Source: an uncultured delta proteobacterium
Lineage (GTDB): Bacteria; Desulfobacterota; Binatia; Binatales; Binataceae
DNA length: 64,000 bases
Reading direction: 5' to 3'
Assembly (NCBI GenBank): GCA_963724765.1
Contig: CAVRVY010000002.1
Coordinates: 448,001-512,000 of the forward strand
Shown here: piece after piece, positions 52,649 to 61,009 of the stretch
How the letters are laid out: each line of letters begins with the position of its first letter
Numbering within the stretch: position 1 is the stretch's first letter
Program-made: the position numbers and the translations under genes
The notes under the pieces: generated by a model
Told to the model about the DNA's origin: nothing
The model's input: the letters and a program-made list of their open reading frames with translations, nothing else
Database searches by the model: none

Positions 52649-53524
52649 GTGAACTACCGCAAGAGATTCGTCGTCGAGCCCGGCGCCAAGGTCCGGCTCG
52701 GCAAAATTGACCCGGAATTCAAAGACAAGCACGAAACGAAGGACAGCGCGACGCTGGAGATCCAGAAGCATGTCGAGCGCATGGCCAAGGCGCAGTATCT
52801 GCTGTACGCCGACGGCAAGCGGTCACTGCTGGTCGTCCTGCAGGCGCTAGACGCCGGTGGCAAGGACGGCGTGGTGCGCCACGTGTTCAGCGCCATGAAC
52901 CCGCAGGGGACGTCGGTCTTTGGCTTCAAGCAACCGAGTGAGTTAGAAGCCGCACATGATTTCCTCTGGCGCGCCCACCTGCACACGCCTGGCAAAGGGG
53001 AAGTTGTGATCTTCAACCGGTCGCATTATGAGGACGTACTCATCGTGCGCGTGCACAAGTTGGTAACGGAGGCGGTTTGGTCGAAGCGTTATGAGTTGAT
53101 CAATGACTTCGAGAAGCTCCTCAGCGAGAACGGCACGCGCATTCTCAAGTTCTATCTCCACATTAGCCCAGAGGAGCAGCTGGATCGCTTCGAGCAACGG
53201 CTCGATGACCCGCTGCGGCAGTGGAAAATCAGCGAGGCCGACTACTCGGAGCGCAAGTTGTGGCCGGATTATATCGAGGCGTACGAGGACGCCATGGAAA
53301 GGACGAGCACTAAGCACGCCCTATGGTACGTGATCCCGTCCAACCACAAGTGGTTCCGCGATCTGGCCATCTCCGAGATTCTCGCCGACACGTTAGAGGA
53401 CATGGAGCTGAAGCTGCCGCCAACGCGGGTGGACATTGCGGATATCCGACGCAAGTATCACACCGCGCAGGCGCAGCAGGCGCGGCGAGGCCACAAGCCG
53501 CCGAAGCAGTCGCGCAAGAAGTAA
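52649..53524 (+). CDS. PPK2 family polyphosphate:nucleotide phosphotransferase (class III-like)
   Basis: LQALDAGGKDG, FNRSHYEDVL, FYLHISPEEQ, NHKWFR. Confidence 0.92.
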   Translation: MNYRKRFVVEPGAKVRLGKIDPEFKDKHETKDSATLEIQKHVERMAKAQYLLYADGKRSLLVVLQALDAGGKDGVVRHVFSAMNPQGTSVFGFKQPSELEAAHDFLWRAHLHTPGKGEVVIFNRSHYEDVLIVRVHKLVTEAVWSKRYELINDFEKLLSENGTRILKFYLHISPEEQLDRFEQRLDDPLRQWKISEADYSERKLWPDYIEAYEDAMERTSTKHALWYVIPSNHKWFRDLAISEILADTLEDMELKLPPTRVDIADIRRKYHTAQAQQARRGHKPPKQSRKK

Positions 53525-53607
53525 GCACGCCTCTATGAGCTAGTGGACGTGACACACGGAAAGCTGCAACATAGCGAGCGCTGCCCATTGCTCTTTGCCG
53601 GCAAAAC

Positions 53608-53684
53608 TGGCGCCCCCTGCGGGATTCGAACCCACGGCCCCAGGATTAGGAATCCTGTGCTCTATCCATCTGAGCTAAGGGGGC
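53608..53684 (-). tRNA. tRNA-Arg (anticodon CCT)
   Basis: GCCCCCTTAGCTCAGATGGATAGAGC...CAGGA-TTCCTAA-TCCTG...GGTTCGAATCC...GGGGGCGCCA; 77 nt with encoded CCA. Confidence 0.97.
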
Positions 53685-53697
53685 GCGCCAATATTTC

Positions 53698-54960
53698 TTA
53701 TGTTTTCAAGGCATTTAGCGGCTTTATCGATTTGAGCCGACCCGCCTGACGTGATTTAGTGCCCACTTTTTGCCCACTTTTTTCGGGATTCGGGAGGAAC
53801 CCCTGCGCGAAGCGGTCGGCCGCGCCCGTATCGGAATCCTTGAACCAGTGTGAATAGACCTTCAGCGTTACTGCCGGGTTCGAATGACCAAGGCGATGCT
53901 GCACCTCGGTGATCGGTGCGCCAGACGCTATCAGCCCGCTCGCATACGAGTGCCGCAACGTCTTGATGTTGGCGTCCCTGAGCCCCGCGCGCCGCAGCGC
54001 GGGATATAAACCCTGGCGCAAGACATTCGAGCGATGCAGGGGTTGACCATCGAGGCGACAAAACACCAGATCGTGTTCCGACCTCGGGCTCTGCAGCTTC
54101 CAAACCTTCAAGGCGGCAATCAGCCCCGCCGGCAGAGGCATCGTGCGATATCCTGAGCGCGTTTTGGGTTCGTAGAACTTCGGGCGCACACGGCCCTCTT
54201 CATCGGTCTTGCGTGCCCACGACAGCGAACGCCTCACAAAAAGCCGACCGTCGTCGAGTTGGATATCGGTCCACTTCAGCGCGTAAGCCTCCTCGGGTCG
54301 CAGCCCTGTGGCCGCGACCGTCGCGAACAACGTACGGTGAAGGCCCGGCTCGGCATGATCGAGCAATCTTCTGATCTCCTCGGCGGTCAGTACCTCGTCT
54401 GGTCTCACGGCCCGCAATCCTTGACCGCTCTCCGGACGGTCCGCGTCCGTAGTTACTTCTGCAACCTCCCTACGTGGCCTCTCCGCGATTGCTGCCGGGT
54501 TCGTTGCGGTGTAGCCGCGCCGGATCGCAAGCTTAAACACCGCGGCACATGTCGTCAGAACCGCGCTCACGGTCTTGGCGCCTAGTTTCGTGCACAGCTC
54601 GTCGCGGACGCTCTCGATCAGCGCAACGTCGATCCGATCGAGCCGTAGGTTGTCGAGCTTCGCCAGGTGGCGCAGGTGAACACGCCAGCCTCCAAGCGTC
54701 GCGGGATGGCGATTCGATTTCTCGCGCATCCACTCTTCGCCGACCTTCGCAAAAGTTGGAATCCTCGCGGGATCGACGTACTCGCCGCGGGCGGCCTTGA
54801 CGGCCGTGGTGGCGAGGTATTTTTCAGCGGCTTTCTTCGTCGGGAACTCAATCCGCTTCCGTGGTCCCGTCAGTCCTTGCGGCCGATAGTCGAGCCGCCA
54901 GGTGCAATCGCAATCGCCGCCCATGCATGCGGGCTTGTGATACCGCTTGATCAAAGCCAT
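53698..54960 (-). CDS. Tyrosine recombinase/integrase
   Basis: TGLRPEE, PKT, KTLRH, LGHS, KVYSH catalytic set. Confidence 0.93.
   Translation of the reverse strand: MALIKRYHKPACMGGDCDCTWRLDYRPQGLTGPRKRIEFPTKKAAEKYLATTAVKAARGEYVDPARIPTFAKVGEEWMREKSNRHPATLGGWRVHLRHLAKLDNLRLDRIDVALIESVRDELCTKLGAKTVSAVLTTCAAVFKLAIRRGYTATNPAAIAERPRREVAEVTTDADRPESGQGLRAVRPDEVLTAEEIRRLLDHAEPGLHRTLFATVAATGLRPEEAYALKWTDIQLDDGRLFVRRSLSWARKTDEEGRVRPKFYEPKTRSGYRTMPLPAGLIAALKVWKLQSPRSEHDLVFCRLDGQPLHRSNVLRQGLYPALRRAGLRDANIKTLRHSYASGLIASGAPITEVQHRLGHSNPAVTLKVYSHWFKDSDTGAADRFAQGFLPNPEKSGQKVGTKSRQAGRLKSIKPLNALKT
53760..53781. repeat. Tandem 11-bp direct repeat, likely integrase arm-type binding sites
   Basis: TGCCCACTTTT twice, about 75 bp from the tRNA. 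Confidence 0.55.
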
Positions 54961-54969
54961 GGCGTTACT

Positions 54970-55161
54970 TCACCTCTTCCCAGTCCGCGACCGTTTCTCG
55001 GCGGCAATTTTTTGCAGGAGTCTGGCGGTGGGTTCGGAGATCGCCATTTCGCCGCGCTCCCAGCGGGCCACGGTGTTCGAGGTTACTCCTATGGCCTCGG
55101 CCAAGGCCACCTGAGTCCAGCCGAGTTTTTCTCTGAGCACACGAATTTCCACACCGCTCAT
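54970..55161 (-). CDS. Xre/Cro-family HTH protein
   Basis: IRVLREKLGWTQVALAEAIGVTSNTVARWERG. Confidence 0.88.
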   Translation of the reverse strand: MSGVEIRVLREKLGWTQVALAEAIGVTSNTVARWERGEMAISEPTARLLQKIAAEKRSRTGKR

Positions 55162-55163
55162 CA

Positions 55164-55180
55164 CTATACGCAACGTATAG
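55164..55180. promoter_or_regulatory. Inverted-repeat operator upstream of the Xre gene
   Basis: CTATACG-CAA-CGTATAG, 2 bp from the ATG. Confidence 0.65.
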
Positions 55181-55197
55181 CAAGGCCGGTGGAAAAG

Positions 55198-55602
55198 TCA
55201 AGCGGCTTGGCTGGCGCGCGCGGTCAGAAAGCGTTGCACTTCTTCAATTTTAAAACGGACATAGTGACCGAGTTTGATAGAAGGCAGATTGCCCATCCGG
55301 GCCTGTTCCCTGACCCACGATTGCGGGACTCCAAAGAGCTTGGCGAGATCAGGGGCGCTCAGAAGGGCGCTGCCAAGGCTCTTGCTGTCGCTGTAGGCGA
55401 TGCGCTCGCTCAGCATCAGGGCGAGCAGCGCACCTTCGAGGGTCTTGAGCGCTGCGACGCGCCCGGCAAGCTGGGTCAAGAGCTGGGGCACGGACTCGAG
55501 AACAATTCCCCTTGTCAGCGAGGGATCGGCCAGAAGCTCCTCGATAGTTACGGGCGATAGCGATGCCCGCGGCGTGGGACGATGCGGTGCTTGATACGAC
55601 AT
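55198..55602 (-). CDS. Excisionase-like HTH_17 protein
   Basis: LLSAPDLAKLFGVPQSWV...GNLPSIKLGHYVRF; GGAG RBS. Confidence 0.8.
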   Translation of the reverse strand: MSYQAPHRPTPRASLSPVTIEELLADPSLTRGIVLESVPQLLTQLAGRVAALKTLEGALLALMLSERIAYSDSKSLGSALLSAPDLAKLFGVPQSWVREQARMGNLPSIKLGHYVRFKIEEVQRFLTARASQAA

Positions 55603-56159
55603 GAATACTCCGACAGCACAAGCGTTCCACACCTCCACAACAGACTCATCCACTGAATCATTGAGCAACCGCGATGCCGTTCTTCGACGCGCCCTGCGAG
55701 ACACGGAGTTAGGCTCACGCGGTTTTGATTCGCCTCTTGCGCGAGAGGATTTGGCGATCAGACGGCGGAAAGGCCGGTGTGCATGTACAAGTTCTGCACA
55801 GGGAGCCGAAATCCCATGGAATTGGTTAAAGAATTCGCCTCCTCGGCCGATCCCGTATGCAAATCTTGCACATTTTGATTCACCCGATCTCGTCCGCCCT
55901 CAGAGCGGTTTGGACAAGCGCCTAGCGCAGCTACACGAGGATCGGAACGCGACGTTGGTCAAGGCTGGACGTGGTACAGACTTGTTTCGCTCTCAATTGC
56001 ATGAAGTTTCATCAATTTCATTCGTCTAACTTTAATAAGCCGTCAGATGAGAGAAACAAATTGTCATGACCTTATCAAGTTATCAATAGATTCACTAGTG
56101 CGATCATGGCCGTCGTGCGGGAGGGGTGATGGAGAGTCAGAAAGGTTCGCGAGCGAACC

Positions 56160-57134
56160 ATGCTAGTAGGCCGGTCGCCAGCGGCACGTCGGCTTATCAG
56201 CCTGATCGAACAAGTCGCCGCTACGACTGCTCCTGTCCTCATCACGGGTGAGACCGGTACCGGCAAGGAACTTGCCGCGAAATCCATCCACACGCGTTCC
56301 GCGCGCCGTGTCCGGCCATTTGTTGCGATCAATTGCGCCGCTGTACCGGAGAGCCTGGTCGAAAGCGAATTATTCGGGCATGAGCGTGGCTCGTTCACCG
56401 GGGCTCATCAGCAACAAGCAGGGTGTTTCGAGCGCGCAAATGGCGGCACGCTGCTGCTCGACGAGATAACGGAGATGCGGCCTGAGATGCAGGCCAAGCT
56501 GCTCCGGGTGTTGGAAGAGAAGGAGATCAGGCGTCTGGGCGGGGGCCGGGAGATTCCAGTCGATGTGCGGGTCCTGGCGGCGTCCAACCGTCAGCCTCAG
56601 CGCGCCATCCGCGAGGGCCGGCTTCGCCAAGACTTGTACTTCCGGCTGTGCGTGGTTTCGATCGAGCTTCCGCCGCTGCGCGAACGGATTGAGGATGTGC
56701 CGTTATTGGCTGCGGAGTTCCTCCGACAGTTCAATCGGGAACACCGCAAGGCGGTTCAGGGAATAGATGAGGATTGCTTCGTCTCGCTCAAGGCCTACTC
56801 GTGGCCGGGCAATATTCGTGAGTTGCGCAACGCTATCGAGCGCGCGGTCATCTTGTGCCGCTCGTCGATGCTTTCCTCTGGTGATTTGCCGATTGATCTG
56901 GCCGACCAAGCTGCGATGGGGCGCGACCCGGATTTCACGATTCGGCTTGGCGCGTCGCTGAAAGAGGTCGAGGCCGAACTGATTTTCCGGACATTGGCAT
57001 CCGTCGGCGGAAACAAGACCCGCGCGGCCCGCATTCTCGGCGTCGCACGGCGTAGCCTTTACAACCTGCTCGAACGCCACGAAGGATACGCAGCGACCGG
57101 CGGTCCGAATGATAAGCGTACTCGCAATAGTTGA
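56160..57134 (+). CDS. Sigma-54 enhancer-binding protein without an N-terminal sensor domain
   Basis: Begins at the AAA+ domain: GETGTGKE, GSFTGA, LLDEI, WPGNIREL, Fis HTH. Confidence 0.9.
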   Translation: MLVGRSPAARRLISLIEQVAATTAPVLITGETGTGKELAAKSIHTRSARRVRPFVAINCAAVPESLVESELFGHERGSFTGAHQQQAGCFERANGGTLLLDEITEMRPEMQAKLLRVLEEKEIRRLGGGREIPVDVRVLAASNRQPQRAIREGRLRQDLYFRLCVVSIELPPLRERIEDVPLLAAEFLRQFNREHRKAVQGIDEDCFVSLKAYSWPGNIRELRNAIERAVILCRSSMLSSGDLPIDLADQAAMGRDPDFTIRLGASLKEVEAELIFRTLASVGGNKTRAARILGVARRSLYNLLERHEGYAATGGPNDKRTRNS

Positions 57135-57752
57135 AATAGCGTTCGAATCGACGACCTGCTGATTACGAAACTCTTCTCTACCGCGAAGATGGTGACAGAA
57201 GGTGACGCAGCGATTTTCGCGTGACCAAGAAATGCCTGTCAGACAGGGACATTCAGTGACAACCGCTGATTTTGAATCATCATCGAGGCCCAGGAAGCGC
57301 GCCATATCGGATTTTCCGCCAATGCAGGCATCGCCAGTGCCGTATCATGACCAGTCCTCAGGTCCTCGCGCAGCGTTCTCGCCAGATACTTGAGAATGTC
57401 CAGAAATCCGCGAGCCGCCGCAGTAAGCACCGCTTCGGTGACGACGCGTAGTGGCGCGGCGAAGGTCCGCCGCAGTCGCCCGGTATCGCAGTCAAGAACC
57501 TCTTTAACTCGCGCGAGCTTTCTGGATCGGACCGCGCGGATGAACCTGCCGACCGCCGCTTTCGACAGATCGGGCGCCAGAGGGCCACCATTCTATCGCG
57601 GTCCGCGCGTTGTTCACCAAGTAAAAAGATGATCGGGGCAAGCATAACCATGCCCCACTCGCTTCATCGTGCGCCGCGACAGCCCGTTCGGCTGAAGATC
57701 CTCGGCGCTTCGTGGCGGCGAGGCGATTTTGTCCTTGAACCATCCGAGAACC

Positions 57753-57781
57753 TTGCCCATGTGTAGCCTATAAGTTACAAT
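57753..57781 (+). promoter_or_regulatory. Sigma-70 promoter with an overlapping palindromic operator
   Basis: TTGCCC-N17-TACAAT. TGTAGCCTATAAGTTACA (57762-57779) is 14/18 self-complementary. Confidence 0.7.
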
Positions 57782-57805
57782 CAACGAGGTTCGCAGGTAT
57801 CAATA

Positions 57806-58399
57806 ATGGCTATCATCAAGATCAATCCAATCAGGATCGAGGGGCGATGGCGCTCCGGCATCGCGCTGGATCTGCACACAACGAGCAGCACGCCGATCGG
57901 ACCTAACGAATTTGGACATATGCAGTTTGACACGGTGCGGCCAGCGATCGCTGAACTGCTTTATCGATTGAAAAACCGGGCCGACCGCGAGGCGGCGGTG
58001 CCAATAATTGAGACGGCGGCGAGCTTCTTGTCGGACCAGCGCGACAAATTCGACGCCATCGTGCCAGTGCCTCCGTCACACCACCGAACCGTACAGCCGG
58101 TTATCATTCTCGCTGATGGAATCGGAAAAGCGCTGAGCGTTCCAGTTCTCTCGTGCATTAGGACGACTCGACCGACATCGCAGTTGAAGGACATCACTGA
58201 ACCTGAGGAGCGGAAGAAGCATGTCGAAGGGCTCTATGAAGTGGACGTAGAGCAAACGCGCGGACTAAAGCTCCTTCTTTTCGATGACCTTTTCCGTTCT
58301 GGAACGACCATGAATGCGATCACGGATATACTGCTCAATCCGGGCAAAGCGAGGGTCGTCCGTGCCCTGACCATCACCAAGACACGGAGCAAGCAATGA
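57806..58399 (+). CDS. ComF-like phosphoribosyltransferase (putative toxin/effector)
   Basis: LLYRLK, IVPVPPS, QLKD..ERK, PRPP loop LLLFDDLFRSGTTM; no Zn ribbon. Confidence 0.85.
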   Translation: MAIIKINPIRIEGRWRSGIALDLHTTSSTPIGPNEFGHMQFDTVRPAIAELLYRLKNRADREAAVPIIETAASFLSDQRDKFDAIVPVPPSHHRTVQPVIILADGIGKALSVPVLSCIRTTRPTSQLKDITEPEERKKHVEGLYEVDVEQTRGLKLLLFDDLFRSGTTMNAITDILLNPGKARVVRALTITKTRSKQ

Positions 58400-59337
58400 A
58401 CACGATTTTTATTGGTGGCTCGCGGCACGTCTCTCGTTTGCCGGCAGAGGTGAAAAGACGTCTGGACAATGTAGTTACCAGCGGTCACCAAGTCATTGTC
58501 GGTGACGCAAACGGGGCCGACAAAGCCGTGCAAAAGCATCTTCTGGATAAGCGTTACGATAAGGTCGTCGTCTTCTGCACGGGCGATACCCCAAGAAACA
58601 ATTTAGGAACCTGGCGCACGCATCATGTTGATATACCCAAAAATACTAAGGGATTTCATTTCTACGCGGCTAAGGACCGCGAGATGGCGCGTGAAGCTGA
58701 TTTTGGATTGATGATCTGGGATGGCAAAAGCCCCGGCACGGTTCTTAACGTGATGCGCCTCGCAATCGCCGGAAAGATTGCCGTTCTTTTCAACGTGCCT
58801 GAGAAAAACGTCGTCAACATCAAGACATTGGACAGTTGGAAGAACTTCATCTCCCATTGTAGCCGAGATGTCCAAATGGAGATAAAGCAGCGGGCCACTC
58901 CTGAGGAATGGCGGCTCGCCGAATCCAATAATCAAGCGAGCTTTTTGCCGTCGCTTGATGAGGCGGGCGCTGCACTTAAGAGCGCGCCCCAGCGAGAGTC
59001 CTCCTCGGAACCCCTGAACTCAAGTGCGTTGGAGGAGGTTGTCAAAGTACTGAACCGTGCGTTAGCTCACGGTGATGCAACCGCGATAATGAACCAACTT
59101 GGCATCATTGCGCGCGAACGTGGGATGAGTCACGTCGCGCGCGAAACTGGTCTTGCGCGTGAAAGCCTTTATCGGTCTCTCGACGCAAAAGGGAATCCCG
59201 AATTCGGCACGGTCTTAAAAGTGCTCGCATCCATAGGCCTGCGGCTTGAGGCTAAATCGGAAAGCCTTCCGACCGCACCCGACCAAGACCAGTCGTCCCT
59301 TGGAATGCCCGGAAGAGGAAAGCCGGGAATTGCATGA
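58396..59337 (+). CDS. SLOG (DprA/YpsA-like) domain fused to an HI1420-type addiction-module antidote HTH
   Basis: IFIGGSR, VGDANGAD, KDREMA..D....WDGKSPGT. C-terminus GMSHVARETGLARESLYRSLDAKGNPEFGTVLKV. Confidence 0.8.
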   Translation: MNTIFIGGSRHVSRLPAEVKRRLDNVVTSGHQVIVGDANGADKAVQKHLLDKRYDKVVVFCTGDTPRNNLGTWRTHHVDIPKNTKGFHFYAAKDREMAREADFGLMIWDGKSPGTVLNVMRLAIAGKIAVLFNVPEKNVVNIKTLDSWKNFISHCSRDVQMEIKQRATPEEWRLAESNNQASFLPSLDEAGAALKSAPQRESSSEPLNSSALEEVVKVLNRALAHGDATAIMNQLGIIARERGMSHVARETGLARESLYRSLDAKGNPEFGTVLKVLASIGLRLEAKSESLPTAPDQDQSSLGMPGRGKPGIA

Positions 59338-59436
59338 CGGATTGGGGACAATAAAAGGCCGATCTGTTCTGATCTTGCAGGGAGACCGGTTCATATCGGC
59401 GCTAACCTACTCACAACCGCGAGTCCGATCGAGAAA

Positions 59437-60789
59437 ATGGAAACCGCGCAAACCAACACACCTGACTCTCACGACGTGACGTTGCGGTCTTTATTGAAGC
59501 TACGGAATGGTTCGAAGAATATTCTGCAGAATCGCGAGAATTCGCAGCTGGAATTCAAGGAAACGTTCAATCTTGGCAGCCTTGCGAAATATGGCCGTAC
59601 GATGGCGGCTTTCGCCAACAACAGGGGTGGCTACATCGTCTTCGGCGTTGAGCCCTCTCCCCATCGCCTGAAAGGTGTGAACAAAACCAAGTTCGAGGAG
59701 TGTGACCCCGCGCAAGTAACGCAGTTCCTGAACGCTCACTTCGGCCCCGAGATCATCTGGGAAATGGAAACCGTCGAATTCTTCGGGACATCGCTCGGCT
59801 ACATTTACATTTCTGAGGCAGATGAAAAGCCGGTCGTCGCCATATCAAACGCGGCAGATATCAGAAGCGGAGAAGTTTATTTTCGGTACAAAGGTCAGAC
59901 TTCGACCATTCGATACCCAGAGCTCAGAGCAATTATTGACGCTCGAATTACGCGTGAGCGACAGGCGTGGCTTCAGCACCTCCGTACGATTGAGCGGGTT
60001 GGTCCCCGAAATGTCGGCATCCTCGACACCATCCATGGAAAGCTTTATGGGGCCGGGACTCCGTTTTTGATAGATGAGAAGCTGCTACGGCAGCTTAAAT
60101 TCATTCGGCGTGGTCAGTTTTCCGACGGCGAGGGGGCGCCGGCCCTGCGCGTGCTTGGAGATGTGCAATCGATCAAGGGTATCGAGAAAGAAAAGCCCGT
60201 GCCGACCGGTATCCACGCTGACGATTTGATAACGGCATTTTTGGCGCAACGGCCTTTGGACGAATCGGAGGCTCGAAGCTATCTGAGGGAGGCCACGTAT
60301 CAGAACACGCCGTACCTGCCGATCCATTACCTCGTCAATCTTTCCGGGTTGTCTCAATCGGAGGCCCAGGGCCTTATCAAGACAAGCCAGTCGTCGCTGA
60401 CGGGCCAAAAGAAAAATCTCACTGAAAGAATTGCGCGAGATCAGGCCGTGAAGCTAATGGGTACCGTACAATCCGCTCCCAATATCTTGACCTCCACGGA
60501 ATTTGAAAGGTCATTCGAGCAAGCTAAGACCGTCAAAGAACGGCGTTCTCTTCTTGTTGCGACAATGCTGCGAAGCCCGAGGTTGTTGCAAGAATTTGTA
60601 CCCAGCCTGCCGCTCGGGCTGTTATCCGAAGCCGTAACCCACCTCAATACGTCGGATCTTCGAAAGCTTAAGGGAGACCTCCTCGAACTTCTCCTGAGCG
60701 CTTTCGCGAACCGCTTTCAGGACGCGTCGAGTTCGGAAAGATCAGCTTTCAGGAAGGCCGTGGCCTTCTGCGACGAAAAGCTGAATTGA
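59437..60789 (+). CDS. Schlafen/AlbA_2-domain protein with an unknown C-terminal region
   Basis: RENSQLEFKE, MAAFANNRGGYIVFGV, VYFRY. Confidence 0.82.
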   Translation: METAQTNTPDSHDVTLRSLLKLRNGSKNILQNRENSQLEFKETFNLGSLAKYGRTMAAFANNRGGYIVFGVEPSPHRLKGVNKTKFEECDPAQVTQFLNAHFGPEIIWEMETVEFFGTSLGYIYISEADEKPVVAISNAADIRSGEVYFRYKGQTSTIRYPELRAIIDARITRERQAWLQHLRTIERVGPRNVGILDTIHGKLYGAGTPFLIDEKLLRQLKFIRRGQFSDGEGAPALRVLGDVQSIKGIEKEKPVPTGIHADDLITAFLAQRPLDESEARSYLREATYQNTPYLPIHYLVNLSGLSQSEAQGLIKTSQSSLTGQKKNLTERIARDQAVKLMGTVQSAPNILTSTEFERSFEQAKTVKERRSLLVATMLRSPRLLQEFVPSLPLGLLSEAVTHLNTSDLRKLKGDLLELLLSAFANRFQDASSSERSAFRKAVAFCDEKLN

Positions 60790-61009
60790 TGCCGTTCGGT
60801 CGCGTTTACCGATGTTGCCGCGATATGCTGCAACGCTTGGGAAATGGCGCCCGAGCGGGATTCGGAAAAGAGATCATCTAAAATGCGGTAAAATGCGGCT
60901 CGCACGGTTTCTGCTGCCGCAGGATTCCGTTGAAGAACTTTTGCCCGCGTCGGTTCGGCGAGAGGCGCGGCGCCCGAACGTATTGCGCGAGCGCCGCGCG
61001 GCTTCATTC

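Noticed and set aside
55970-55990. Sigma-54 promoter TGGTACAGACTTGT upstream of the element's bEBP
   Set aside because: The spacing is off by one and there is no GC at -12.
57806-58399. Competence gene comF
   Set aside because: No N-terminal zinc ribbon, located in mobile-element cargo, and coupled to a SLOG-antitoxin gene rather than to competence genes.
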